Assembly: GCF_020745735.1 (NCBI RefSeq)
Contig: NC_083403.1
Location: forward strand, 125,072,526 to 125,136,525
Origin: Hemiscyllium ocellatum
Lineage: Eukaryota
Direction of reading: 5' to 3'
DNA length: 64,000 bases
Both the position numbers and the translations under genes were made by a program. Shown piece by piece: positions 50,218 through 63,070 of the stretch (positions within the stretch are counted from its first letter, which is position 1; each line of letters starts with the position of its first letter). The notes under the pieces are model-generated. The model searched no databases, was not told the DNA's origin, and saw only the letters and a list, made by a program, of their open reading frames with translations.

Positions 50218-51494
50218 CATATCACTTGAGCAGCAGGATTACATGAGGGAAACTGCTTCAGTTTTCCTTTATGATCAGATTCCATTCTCTGTGAAAATTA
50301 TTCATTTCAACACATCTGCTGTCACAGATTAAGCTTTTGTCTTCACTACTGTCAGTTACCAGTCAGCATGTTGCAGGATGTGACAGCTGCAGTCACATCT
50401 GGGACCCAAGTCCATCATTATACTGTCAAGAAAAATGCATCTCTAAGTTTGAAGGTCTGACTGCATACTTCTGTGAATTCAAATAAACACAATGAAACAC
50501 ATTAAGAACTTGTATCGCACTTAACATGATAAAGCACATCATAGAGGTTCACAGCAGCAATGTAAACCATACATACAAAAGCATACAAAGGGTGAGATTG
50601 GGACAGATTACCATATACTTAGTCAAATAGATGGGTTTTAAGTGGTACTTCAAGAATGAGAGTGACAGAGAAATTTCGGGGGCAAATTCCAGAGTTTAGT
50701 GCTTGTGTAGCTAAAGGTACAGTCATCAATGATATATTAAAATCATGGATGCTCAAGAGGTTAGAATTACAGGTAAGTAGTTATGGTATGAGAGAGGTGG
50801 ATTACATGTTTTCTGCAGCAAACCTATGAATCAAGCTGCATTTCCTTCCCAGTGCTAGGGTTCAGGACATCTGCTTGAGACTGGGCAAGAATTTGTAGTT
50901 GGAGGAGGATCCAGTTGCAGTGCTCCATATAAGTACTAATGACCTCGGCAGAACAAATAAGGAGTTTCTGCAAAGTCAGTATTAGAAGCTAGGTGCAATA
51001 TTAAAAAGCAGAAACTCAAAAGTCATCCTGTCTTGACTATGACCTTAGCATTGTACAATTTAGGTATTCTTTTTATTTTCTCAGAGGCTTGCGGTTTTAT
51101 GAAAAAGGCAGTGGAAACAGAGTCCTGGAAGATTTTTAAGGCACAACTAGATGGACTCCTCTTAAGTAAGGAGGTGAAAAGTTATCAGGACAGGTGACAG
51201 TGCAGAGTGGAGGTCAAAATCAGATTAGCCATTTTCTTATTGAATGACAGACCAAGCTTGAGGGGCTAAATTCCTTCTCAGAATTTCTTCTCTCATAAGC
51301 TAATGAATCTTTGGAGTTGTTTACTGCTGAAGACTGACAAGGTTGGTTCAGTAATTATGTTCATGGTTGAAATCAGCAGATTTTTAATAAGTAAGGGAAT
51401 CAAGGGTTATGGGAAAAACAAGTACAAAAGTGAAGTGGGTTATCAGATCAACCGTGATCTCATCGAGTAGTTGAGCTGACTGTTGGGGTGAATG

Positions 51495-51590
51495 CGGGGC
51501 TGAAAATGTGTTGCTGGTTAAAGCACAGCAGGTCAGGCAGCATCCAAGGAACAGGAAATTCGACGTTTCGGGCCAGAGCCCTTCATCAGG
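51495..51590 (-). mobile_element. Family A hammerhead element in RSAD2 intron 4 (antisense to the gene)
   Basis: Core CUGAUGA A GGGC-UCUG-GCCC GAAACGUC intact, helix I 5' strand truncated. 13-bp TSD gttggggtgaatg at 51482-51494 and 51591-51603. Confidence 0.83.
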
Positions 51591-52781
51591 GTTGGGGTGA
51601 ATGGCCCATTTCTGCTTCTTTGGTCCTATGGGTGTGACAACTATCCCAGAGTATTGCATGGCTAGACATAGGAGCGTGCTAAGTCATGGAGGAATGGGAA
51701 AATAAGAATTTCAAAATCAGATACTGTTTAACTGTGAGTCAGTGTAGGTCAGTGGATGGATTGTATTTGGTGCAAGTTATGAAGCTGACTGCACAGATTT
51801 TGATGACTGCTGACTTTCCAAGGCTGGAATATGGGATGCCAGATAATACATTGGAACAGGCAAGCTTAGACAAAAGCATCAAGGGCTTCAGTAGAAGAAA
51901 ATATGGGGCAAGGTCGAAGACTGGTGATGGCACAGTGGTGGACCTGCTAATATATATGAGGCACAGAAATATTTTGCTCAACTAGTCTATGCCGACACAA
52001 AAGCCTCCTCTCATCTGTCCTCTCCTAAATTTATTATCATACCTCCATACTGGGATCATCTGAGTAAACCTTCTCTGAACTGCCTCCAATGATTCAATAT
52101 CTTCCTTTAAGGGGACCAAAACTGCTCATTGTACTCCAAATGTGGTCTCACTAGTAGCCCATGCAGTTGCAGTAAGACTTCCCAACTCTTATACTCCAAC
52201 CTCCTTGAAATAAGGGCTAACATTCCATTAGCGTTGCTGATTACCTGCTGCACCTGTGTTCTAGTTTTCTCTGTTCTGTGCACAAGTACCCCAGTCCCTT
52301 TCTGTTGCAGTTTTCCAAGATTTTCTCCATTTACATAATATTGTTCTTAGTTCTCTCTTCAAAAATGAATAACGTCACATTCTCCCAGATTTGCCAACTC
52401 TTTGCCAAATTACTTAATCTTTCAATATCTCTCTGTTAACTGTTTGCATTCTTCTCGCAGCTTGCTTTATCACCTATTTTTGTGTCATCTGCATACTTAT
52501 GCTAAAGCCAAGAATTGTTGAAAAAGCTTGTCACTCTTTCTGTTGTTGATTTCTATTGATGGTTGTAGCTAACAACCTGTCCATACTGAGGACATACCCT
52601 ATTGCTAATAATACAGACTAATATTGCTAATAATCCTGTTAGTTCTTTAGTTCTGTATTTGTTTCATTGGTGTGGTTTTGACTTTTGTACATAATCCTAC
52701 ATAACTTATTTTTAAAAACTGGTAATTCTTATCTTATGAACAACTAAAAGATCCTAATATATGTTTGTGATCGCTCTACAG

Positions 52782-52814
52782 ATGCGAGATTCCTATCTCA
52801 TCCTTGATGAATAT
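52782..52814 (+). CDS. RSAD2: RSAD2 coding exon 5 (33-nt micro-exon)
   Basis: ctacag|ATG CGA GAT TCC TAT CTC ATC CTT GAT GAA TAT|gtaagt = MRDSYLILDEY. Too short to appear in the ORF track. Confidence 0.95.
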
Positions 52815-53106
52815 GTAAGTACTGTGCTATTAAACCTAATAGAATACAATGCTCTCTTGTTAAGTTTTCATTGCTACGTATCATAATTTGCATTTTTTAA
52901 TATAAGTGGACACATTAATACAACACAAAGACATTCACCCCAGCTATACATTATGAGAAAACTAACTTAAAGTGGGTTCTGGAAGAAAATTCAAAGTAAT
53001 ATTCTGAAGAGAATTGGACATTCACTTAAAATATGACCACTACGTGGAAAGAGCAGAGAAATGGGACTAACTGGATAGCTATTTCAAAGAACCAGCACAG
53101 AAATTT

Positions 53107-53412
53107 GGGCAGCACGGTGGCACAATGGTTAGCACTGCTGCCTCACAGTGCCAGAGACCCAGGTTCAACTCCTGCCTCAGGCAACTGTCTGTGTGGAGTT
53201 TGCATATTCTCCCCATGTCTGCATGGGTTTGCTCCGGATGTTCTGGTTTCCACCTACAGTCCAAAAATGTGCAGATTAGGTGAATTGGCCATGCTAAATT
53301 GTCTGCCGTGTTAAGTGTAGGGGAATGGGTCTGGGTAGGTTGCTCTTCGGAGGGTTGGTGTGGACTTGTTGGGCCGAAGGGCCTGTTTCCACACTGTAAG
53401 TAATCTAATCTC
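53107..53412 (+). mobile_element. HE1-like SINE in RSAD2 intron 5
   Basis: Head, core and (taatc)n tail. Confidence 0.87.
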
Positions 53413-55080
53413 TCTCTAAAAAATTGTGTAATAAATTATTTCTTTCTGTAATGATTGATTGTGTCTGATAATAGTTTCTAAAAATCTATTTAGAGGATAT
53501 AAAAGAATGATTGCCAATTCCACATGCAACAGTGTTGCACTAACATCATTTCTTTTAAATAGAGAAGACTACTTAATCCTCTACTGTAACATGTTTAATT
53601 TATGATGATTTCTGCATTTGACAAATGTGAGCAAATTAAGTGAGGGGACATGATAACATTAGTGAAGAGAGAATGATAGATGAATTGTTCCCAGAACTAT
53701 ATTCACTATTATACACATAACAAATCTATGAAACAAATATTCACTAATACTTCAAATTCTGTTTGCACTGGAAAAATACTAAAACTGTTGAAATGGCAGA
53801 GATAAACTGAAGATCAAAATTGCATCCAGAATTGTAATGTTTGTGTTGCCTTCTAAAGTTACAAAGACACTGAAAAATTGAAATAGATCACAGAATCTGT
53901 AGTACTGACATTATATATGCAATAAGTTTTGTCATACAGTTACAGAATTTAGATGTCATTGACTAGGTATTTATTACTGTTCTGTAATTGCCCTTGAGGA
54001 AGTGGTAGTGAGGTGCCTGCCTGAACAGCTGTGGTTCATGTGTGCTTCAGCCATGCAATACTGATTGCTTGACTTGCATTTTGGCTTGGTTAGCTCAAAT
54101 AGTGGAAGGCTGATTTGTGACGTAGAGTGACGTAAATAGTGTGGTTTCAATGATAAACCAGCTGAGTTTATCATGATGCGCCCACCTTCGCAAACGTGCT
54201 CCCCACTTAAGGTATCATAACTCTCAGGTTAAACCACCACCAGTTGTCTCTCACTCCTCTCTCTTTTAGAGGGGGAAGCCATATGATGATGTTACCTTCA
54301 TGACCCTTGTAGTGAAGTGGTAATGTTCTTATCTCTAGGCTAGGGTTCAGGTCCCACATACTCCAAGAGGCGTACAATAATAGTTAGGAAATAACCAGTG
54401 CTGTCTTCTAAAATGAATGACTTCATAGTTATCCAGGTCTTGCTGCATTTAGACTGGCTTAGTATCTGAGAAACAGAAACATTGTAGTCCTAGGTTCTTT
54501 ATATGCATTTGTGTTGTCACATTGCAATGAAATAATACTATCATGATCCTGTACATATGACATCACAATGAAGCTCAATTACTTTGCTTGTATATCAGTT
54601 TCCAGATATGCAAATAAAGACTCAATACTGCAAAACTTTACACAAATATCCTTGTACAGACCATAGCTGACTGGGTTTTCTGCCAACTCTTCAAATATAG
54701 AAATGTCTTGAAATTTATTCATATTTTCAGAACACACAAATTCATTGAGAACCGGGCAAATAATGTGTGCACACATACACAATTGAACAAATTGGGGCAT
54801 CTTAAAATTTGATGTTGTTTCAAAATAAATTGTGAAAACTAATAATTTCACAGTTTTTACTTGTTGGAGGAACAACAGTGGCACACATTCACTGGAACCT
54901 AGTTCAGCAGTGATATAAAACAGGCAATGTCCGAAATGCCCAAACTATCATCTCTGGAATGAACAATGCATGCACCTCCATGGTGAAGTAACCAACATAC
55001 CTTAGAGATGATGTGTACTGTATAGTTTATTGAAGAATTTTATGATTCATAATTTTTATCTTTATGTAAATATTTTTCAG

Positions 55081-55245
55081 ATGCGCTTCCTAGATTGTAC
55101 CCAAGGCAGAAAAGATCCATCAAAATCTATTTTGGATGTAGGTGTTGAGAATGCAATTAAATTTAGTGGGTTTGATGAGAAAATGTTTTTTAAACGTGGA
55201 GGTAAATACACATGGAGCAAAGCAGATATGCTTTTGGAATGGTAA
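55081..55245 (+). CDS. RSAD2: RSAD2 last coding exon with stop
   Basis: [22 protein letters not shown]...[16 protein letters not shown], with the conserved terminal Trp. The spliced CDS totals 1044 nt (347 aa + stop). Confidence 0.97.
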   Translation: MRFLDCTQGRKDPSKSILDVGVENAIKFSGFDEKMFFKRGGKYTWSKADMLLEW

Positions 55246-55540
55246 CTATTGCTCTATATTCTTGCCTGTCTCAGTTATGAAATATTCAAGCAATACACAT
55301 TTTATGGATTCAGAAAATGATTTTGAACACTGTCAAAGTACTATTGTCCTCAGCTGTCAGCATTGTAATTCTTTTCTTAAAACAAACAGTGCAGTATTTA
55401 GGATGATATTAACAATTGAAAATAATATGGCATTCAATGCGATGTCCATACAATTGAAATACCTGAAAGATTTTTATTGGCTGAATTGTAACGTGAAGCT
55501 GTAATGCTAGAGTTTAAGAAAAGATTTGATGCGCCCAGAA

Positions 55541-55546
55541 AATAAA
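55541..55546 (+). terminator. First candidate RSAD2 polyadenylation signal
   Basis: AATAAA about 295 nt after the stop. Further copies at 56296, 56842 and 57341. Confidence 0.4.
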
Positions 55547-58500
55547 CATTGTTGACAATGCATTACCGCATGTAAAAATAATTACCAGTTGCATTATGGA
55601 CAGGTAAATTTTGGGAGGCTGGGTGTATTTTGAATGGTTGGTGGTTTTACTTGATTCAAACAGTTTATAATATGACTGATCAAAATATAACAGTAATAGC
55701 TCAATTTATTTGAAAAATTTTCAAAAGTCTCTCATTGACTTCTGCTTTCTGGAAGTTGCTGCTGTGAATGAACCTCAGAGGTTGCACACTGGCAGCAAAA
55801 ATTAGAGGAACAGAGTTCTCCATTTGTTGAACTCATACTTGGCACAAAGGAATCGTGGTTCCTGGATGTCAATCATTACAGACCCTGGCAATTGTTGCAG
55901 GAGCTCCTCGGTAGGCCCCCAAGTACAGTGCACTCTGGTATAATGCATGATGGCTCTGGAGAAACTGTACCCACTTGTGAAATGATCAGGAAGAGAGCAC
56001 AGATTTAAAATAATTGGCTAAAGAAATAGATATTATGGAATTTTCTTTGGGGGAGCCGTTGCAAACTGTGTGTAGGCAGACAGTATTACTTTAGAACAGC
56101 ATCATGGTCAGTACAGACATGATGGGCTAAAGGGCCTGTTCATGTGCTGTACTGTTCAATATTCTATTTTCTGACACAAGATCAAATATTGATTTTTCAT
56201 TTAAACATTCAACTTTGGATTTATGAATAACATGGAAAACTAATTTTTTACTTCACCGTTTTTAAAATGCTTTCATTAATGAATGTTTGAATTGTAATAA
56301 ATGCACGACGTATAATACCTCGAAGTATTCATACTCTGTTATGTCAGTTCGGAGTGAATATTCACTTTAATATTGTTTACTTTTTGAATAGAAATATCTC
56401 ACTTGTCAGAATTTATCAGAATTTCATTTTCATTTATTTATGTCACAAATGTTTTGCTTAAAGCACTATTGGGACTATACAGCCTCACAATTCCAGTTTC
56501 TACAAGATTCTATTTCCATTACTGTGACATTCTGATAATAGGCAGCAATTGCAGAAAACATTTATGTGTTACAGCAAACACAGAAAACAGTGGTTTATTT
56601 CGAATCTTGGCAGTGCACAATAAGAGGAGCTGATATTTAATTTATTACTAACCAACTTGACGCTAAGCAAAATGTCTAACCAAAAAGACAATTAACGGAA
56701 GCTTTATATCTTTCTTTTATATTCACCTGCTATTGTTTCCTATGGAATACCATACAACTCCTCTCAAATTATCTCTAACTTTCAATGATGCATTTTCACT
56801 GACATTTTTATTTTAGGTTAGAGCCAATCACACCCTGAAAGAATAAAACATTACCTTTTGGTCTTTGTTTCACTTACTCATTGGTTTGTTTGTCTTAGCT
56901 GTTGCTAATTTTTCTCTGCCTCCTTTTTTTATGGTCATTTTGCACCTTACAGTATTTGTTTACCCCTTTTCAATGCTCTCTAATCAAAATAGTTTACTTT
57001 GCTTTTCCATCCAACTCTTTCACTCTTTACTAAGCAACTTCTATTAATTCCCCCATCTGCCTCTATAATTATTCATTGTGACCACTTAGCCTTATACTGA
57101 AACTTGTCATGTATTTTACTACATTATTAAAACTAATCTCAGTCCAAATAAATTTCCTCACAAGCACATGCTAAGTCTGATGTTTAGTTAAGTGTAAGAG
57201 TTCGTAATTTTTAATTGTATATAACTTATGCAACATTTTGTGCAATACAATTTAAGTATATGTTAACCATTATATTTTGTGTAAATAATGCTGGCATCAA
57301 CTTGCAATGTTTTGTATCAATTAGTAACTTAAAAAGTTTGAATAAAGTGAAAAAAAGTGTGTAATGCCGACATTTGTATTCAATTTTGTTTTGCGTAAAT
57401 TTATTTTCCAGTAAGGCACCACTTGTCTTTTCATTTATTTAATATTAAGTACATTTCCAATGTATTATTGTAACGTGAGTTATAGAACTATAGACTGAAA
57501 ATAGTCTCAATGAAATTATGGCAAACAAGCAAGAGAACATAAACTTACCTTAGAGCCGAGTGGTTCCAGCAATTTGCTTCCAATTTTAGCATATGCAGTA
57601 TTTTAATGTTTCCTTCACCTTGCTAGATATACTGGGAATCCTAAGTAATCCTTGAGCAAGATAAGCTTGAATTTTCTCCACAGGTGTGCATTAGGCACAA
57701 CATTAACTTAGAGCTTTACAGTGCAATACAGGCCCTTCGGCCCTCGATGTTGCGCAACCTGCGAAATTAATCTGATCCTATCTAACTTGCACCATTCCAT
57801 TATTAAGAATATGCATTTTGAGGAAACTATGCAACCTTTATTGTGAATTATACTAATGTGATTCAAAATGCATTCATAGAACCAAAAAGTGCAGTGCAAA
57901 TCTCAATACGTATTCAAAACTTCAATAAAACACCATAACAATAACTTGGTTTCCTGCTACACTTTGAACACATCCCCTAAGCAAATGTAGTGTACTTTGT
58001 GAATGGGACCTATAGAAAAGTGAAGATTAAGGAGTGATCCTTAGAGCGATGTTGGATCACATGGAGTGTACACATTGGTGTCAATGAGTTGAGCTAAATG
58101 ACTTGGTTTATCAGAATATTTAATGCTCGGAGTATGGTCAGAGATATTGAGATTTTGGGGTATATTGTACTGGCACACAAGATCCTTAAGGCTAAATATT
58201 TATTTTGAATTCAGATTGCAGACGGCTGGGGTGAAAACAGAGAAGAACTTCTAGTCTTTGATTTTTTTTCATATCAACTACTGTAAGAGTCAACATCAAG
58301 ACAGTTCCAAAACCACAAAGATCATCAATGTCTACCTGCTGTAGATAGCACTATGCCCTTTGCAATTCTGGAAAGAGCAAGGTTCCAAAGGAGAGTGGTT
58401 GCCCTTGCCGACACCAATATTTGATTGATTTTGGCATCAAAGAATCCCAACAAACTCGAAGTCAATTTGACTTGAGGAAAACTCTCCACTGGTTGGTGTC

Positions 58501-59764
58501 ATAGATCTCACAGTGATCAGTCTCAGTCTCATATGCATAGGTCATAACCCTAGACCACCTATGGACAAAGCATATACCTTTTTAAAAGAGGACTATTACA
58601 GTCAAAGGACTACGGTTGTAAATTCAGTGGTTATCTGCAAAGCTCCTGGAATGTCACTCTTGGTCAAGTGTGAAAGCAGCTTCAAAAGAGCTGAGAGAAA
58701 AGGGAGGAATGCACTACAAACTGAACCATAGCATCCTGGAAATTGTCTCAAACTAATAATACCTGTGGACTGGGTGAGAGACATTTCAATTTCTCCCCTT
58801 TCAAAAATTAACAAGAACATGTGTGCTAGTGGAAGAAGGTATCCTTATGGGCTGAGGTACTCTTGTGCAGTAGTCTGGTTTGAATGCTAGTGCACTGTGA
58901 AGGTCACATTTGAAAAACCACTCATTAGGCATTCCTCAATTGCAGGTAAGTCATTTTCCCTCTCAGACTCCTAGAACCCTGTTGATTAACAAGCCAGTCA
59001 AAAGGAAACAGCACAAGAAATGGATTGTCTCACTCTAAGTGTAGCCACTATCAAAATGAAACAGACAAAAGGGTTTCAACTAAATTGCAAAGCCAAGAAT
59101 CCCAAAATTGACTATTTGACTATTAATGTTCCACGATAAATTCTTCACAAATGACACAGGGACTGATCTTTTAAGTGTCTGTTTTGGACTTACTCGTCCA
59201 TTCGAATCTGTGTGAATGGATGTTGCATTATGATTTCTTCTTGCATCTAGGAGGACCGAATAAACACAGTTTCTCATATTTATGATTAACTTTGCTCCTT
59301 TTCAGTCTGGGAGAAAAGGCAGCCTTTGTAAATCAACCTTATTACAGTCAACTGAGGAGACAGGTGAATAAAGAAGGGAAGCCAGTACATCACTCCTCAC
59401 CCAGGAACTTAATAATTTGGGGTATCCCATCTAGAATAATGATAATTTAGGGAACTTCACCCAGGGTCTGATCATAACAAATTAGGGACTCATCTGGGAT
59501 CTAGTAACAAGGATAGTCTCCCAAGCCCAAAAATCTTCAGCTTCATTAATGACCTTCCCTGCCAAAAGATAAAAAATGGCAATGTTTGCTGATAATTGCA
59601 GAGTATTCAACACGGTTTGAAATTTTCCACATACTGAAACAGTTTGTGTTTCAAAGCAGCAAGACATAGACAACATTCAAATTTGGGCTAATAAACAGCA
59701 AATAATGTTTCCACTGTTTACGTACCAGGCAATAACCATCTTCAACTACATTTTTACTCCAACT

Positions 59765-61078
59765 ATTTTTACAAATACATCAAAGACAAAAGGGTAATTA
59801 GGGAGAGAATAGGGCCCTGAAAGTTCAGCAAGGCGGCATGTGTGTGGAGCCGCAGGAAGTGGGGGAGATACTAAATGAGTATTTTGCATCAGTATTTAAT
59901 ATGGAAAAGGACATGGAAGATATAGAATGTTGGGAAATAGATGGTGACATCTTGCAAAATGTCCATATTGCAGAGGAGGAAGTGCTGGATGTCTTGAAAT
60001 GCATTTGATCAAGTGTACCCTAGAACTCTGTGGGAAGCTAGGGAAGTGATTGCTGGGCCTCTTGCTGAGATATTTGTATCATTGATAGTCACAGGTGAGG
60101 TGCCAGAAGACTGGAGGTTGGCTAACATGGTGCCACTGTTTAAGAAAGGTGGTAAGGACAAGCCAGGGAACTACAGACCAGTGAGCCTGACATTGGTGAT
60201 GGGCAAGTTGTTGGAGGGAATCCTGAGGGACAGGATTTACATGTATTTGGAAAGACAAGGACTGATTAGGGATAGTCAACATGGCTTTGAACATGGGAAA
60301 TCATGTTTCACAAACTTGATCGAGTTTTTTGAAGTAACAAAGAGGATTGATGAAGGCAGAGTGATTGATGTGATATAAATGAACTTCAGTAAGGTGGGAG
60401 ACTGGTTAGCAAGGTTAGATCACACGGAATACAGGGAGAACTAGCCATTTGGATACAGAACTGACTCAAAGGTAAAAGGCAGAGGTGGTGGCGGAGGGTT
60501 ATTTTTCAGACTGGAGGCCAGTGACCAGTGGAGTGCCACAAGAATCGGTGCTGGGTCTACTACATTTCATAATTTATATAAATGATTTGAATGTAAGCAT
60601 AAGAGGTACAGTTAGTAAGTTTGTAGATGACACCAAATTGGAGGTGTAGTGGGGATGCAATGGTAATGGAAGATTTGAGCTATAGGAGAGGTGTAATAGG
60701 CTAGGGTTGTATTCCCTGGAGCTTTAGAGGCTGAGGGATAACCTTATAGAGGTTTATAAGATCACGAGGGGCATAAATAGGATAAGTAGACAAAGTCTTT
60801 TCCCTGGGGTGAGGGGGGAAAGATATTAACGAGACCCAAGGGCAACTTTTTCATGTCAGTGTTGGAACGTGTATGGAATGAGCTGCCAGAGGAAGTGGTG
60901 AAGGCTAGTACAATTGCAACATTTAAAAGGTATCTGGAAGGGTATATGAATAGGAAGGGTTTTGAGGGATATGGCCAGGTGCTGGCAAGTGGGACTAGAT
61001 TGGGTCTGGATATCTGGTCAGCATGGACAAGTTGGACCGAAGGGTCTGTTTCCGTGCTATACCTCTCTGTGACTCTGT
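59765..61078 (+). mobile_element. CR1 fragment, internally deleted
   Basis: YPRTLWEARE..PEDWRLAN..QHGF and a 3'UTR tail. Confidence 0.9.
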
Positions 61079-61653
61079 AACTAGAACCTATCTAAACATC
61101 TACCCTCGACACTTAATAGTATTAACAGGGCTGAATCCCCCAGTGGCCATAAACGTAAATACTTTGCAAATACTTTGGCTACTTCAGAATTCTAATAATG
61201 GCTCCTGACAGTATTGTGTATATCCCTGCATCATTTGCACAAAGTAAAGGTGGCGGTCCCATAATCCATCTTCATTTCTGAAAGGTAGTTAGAGCCGGGC
61301 AACGAAACGGTGCCTTTGCCAGTGCCGGTAATGTCCGATGAAAGAATAAAATTAAACTTTCCCTTTCACTCACTGCGTAAAAGAGCCCCAGTGGCGTTTC
61401 CTAAACATTGCAATGGATGTGTCCCTGTTTTAGTTTTTGCAACCGCATTAAAACCCGCGTGCAGTAATTAACCTCGCGGGGGAAGGGAATCAGTGCCACG
61501 ACTCTCTTAGGGGGACAGATGGAACCAAACCCTTCATCCCTTCCCTTATCCCACCAATGCAACTTCGACAACAAGACTATAAGGCCAGGTCGAGTCGCTA
61601 TCACCTCAATACAAGAGGCAAACGGCAGCAAGGGGCCGCGTTCCAGCCGCTGC

Positions 61654-61940
61654 TGAGCAACAGTCCACCCGGCGTTGCATTACCACTGTACACCCCACTT
61701 AGCAATGGTTCACCCGGCGTTCCATTACCACTGTACCCCCCCCCCCACCCCACTTAGCAATGGTTCACCCGGCGTTCCATTACCATTATAACCCCCACTT
61801 AACAACGGTTCACCCGGAGTTCAATTACTACTGTACCCCCCACTTAACAACGGTTCACCCGGAGTTCCATTACTACTGTACCCCCCACTTTGCAACGGTT
61901 CACTCGGCGTTCCATTACCACTGTACCCCCCCCCCCACAC

Positions 61941-61974
<34 letters not shown>

Positions 61975-62272
61975 TTAGCAACGGTTCACCCGGTGTTCCA
62001 TTACCACTGTACCCCTACTTAGCAACGGTTCACCCGGTGTTCCATTACCAATGTACCTCCCACTTAGCAACGGTTCACCCGGTGTTCCATTACCAATGTA
62101 CCTCCCACTTAGCAACGATTCACCCGGCGTTCCATTACCACTGCATCCCCACTTAGCAACGGTTCACCCAGCGTTCCATTACCACTGTACCCCCACTTAG
62201 CAACGGTTCACCCGGGGTTCCATTGTTACTGTCCCGCTGACCGGTTCACCCGGTCTTCCACTGCCATTGTAC
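61654..62272. repeat. Minisatellite, about 13 units of 44-45 bp, with an internal (CA)n tract
   Basis: Unit TTAGCAACGGTTCACCCGGYGTTCCATTACCACTGTACCCCCAC. (CA)n at about 61936-61974 extends from the unit's C-tract. Confidence 0.95.
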
Positions 62273-62274
62273 AC

Positions 62275-63070
62275 ATTGCTTCTCCCCCACCCTACACACA
62301 GACAGATACACGTTCTCCCGGTTCGATGGTGGCTGGGGTTTCATTGGCCGCTGGTGCAGCAAGCGCAGCCCAGGAGGTGGGCTGGCTGGCGATGCTGGCA
62401 ATGACGCAGCTAGTCGCCCATGGAGTGCAATCTGTGTCGCGTTTCTACTGCCGGGTGCAGCAAGTGCCACCTATGTAGACAATAGGGAAGCGAAGCAAAC
62501 ACACAGTCTCACGCACAAAGATACACAACACTCGAATTTGAGCAGAGTATCCGGGAGCGGAGAAAGAACAGGGCTTTACTGAACAGCTTTTGTTTCGACA
62601 GGTTTTGCAACTGAACCCCCAACTAAAGAGACAAAGGTGGGTCTAGTGTGTGTATGTTTGTGCGCGGAGTGGAATCTGAAATGATCCACGACTCCGGATC
62701 CGCTCTCATTACGGTTTATGCATTTGCCAACTTTATCTCCGAAATGGTCAGAAATGTGGTAAGCTTTTATTTTGAAACCAGGCGGACAACGAAGGAGGTT
62801 CTGCACCCATTGCTTTGTTTCCCTGCACCGAGATCGCGTCTAGCCAGTCAAAATCGCATATGTGTCACATTAGTACCAATACAGTACATGTACTTAGTTA
62901 AGATGACAGTCGGACGGACGTAGGCGAATTCGGCACAAAGGAACTGCTTGCCGTGATTTTTTTATTTTCTCTCTGAGTCCTTACTTGTCGCCTGACGTTG
63001 GCACTTAACCGTGTTCCAGTTGTAATGTTTGCGAAATCATAAGAGGTGGCGGTGCATCAGTGGTAAGCAG
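62275..63070 (+). promoter_or_regulatory. CpG-rich promoter/first-exon-like region of a downstream gene (RNF144A expected by synteny)
   Basis: CpG enrichment in non-repeat sequence, inverted CCAAT (attgg) about 62343, donor-like GTG|GTAAGC at 62759 and 63063. No coding sequence seen. Confidence 0.45.

Noticed and set aside
61654-62272. CRISPR-like regular array
   Set aside because: Units are contiguous with no unique spacers, there are no cas genes, and the context is eukaryotic. It is a minisatellite; its His/Thr/Pro-rich ORFs are repeat translations.
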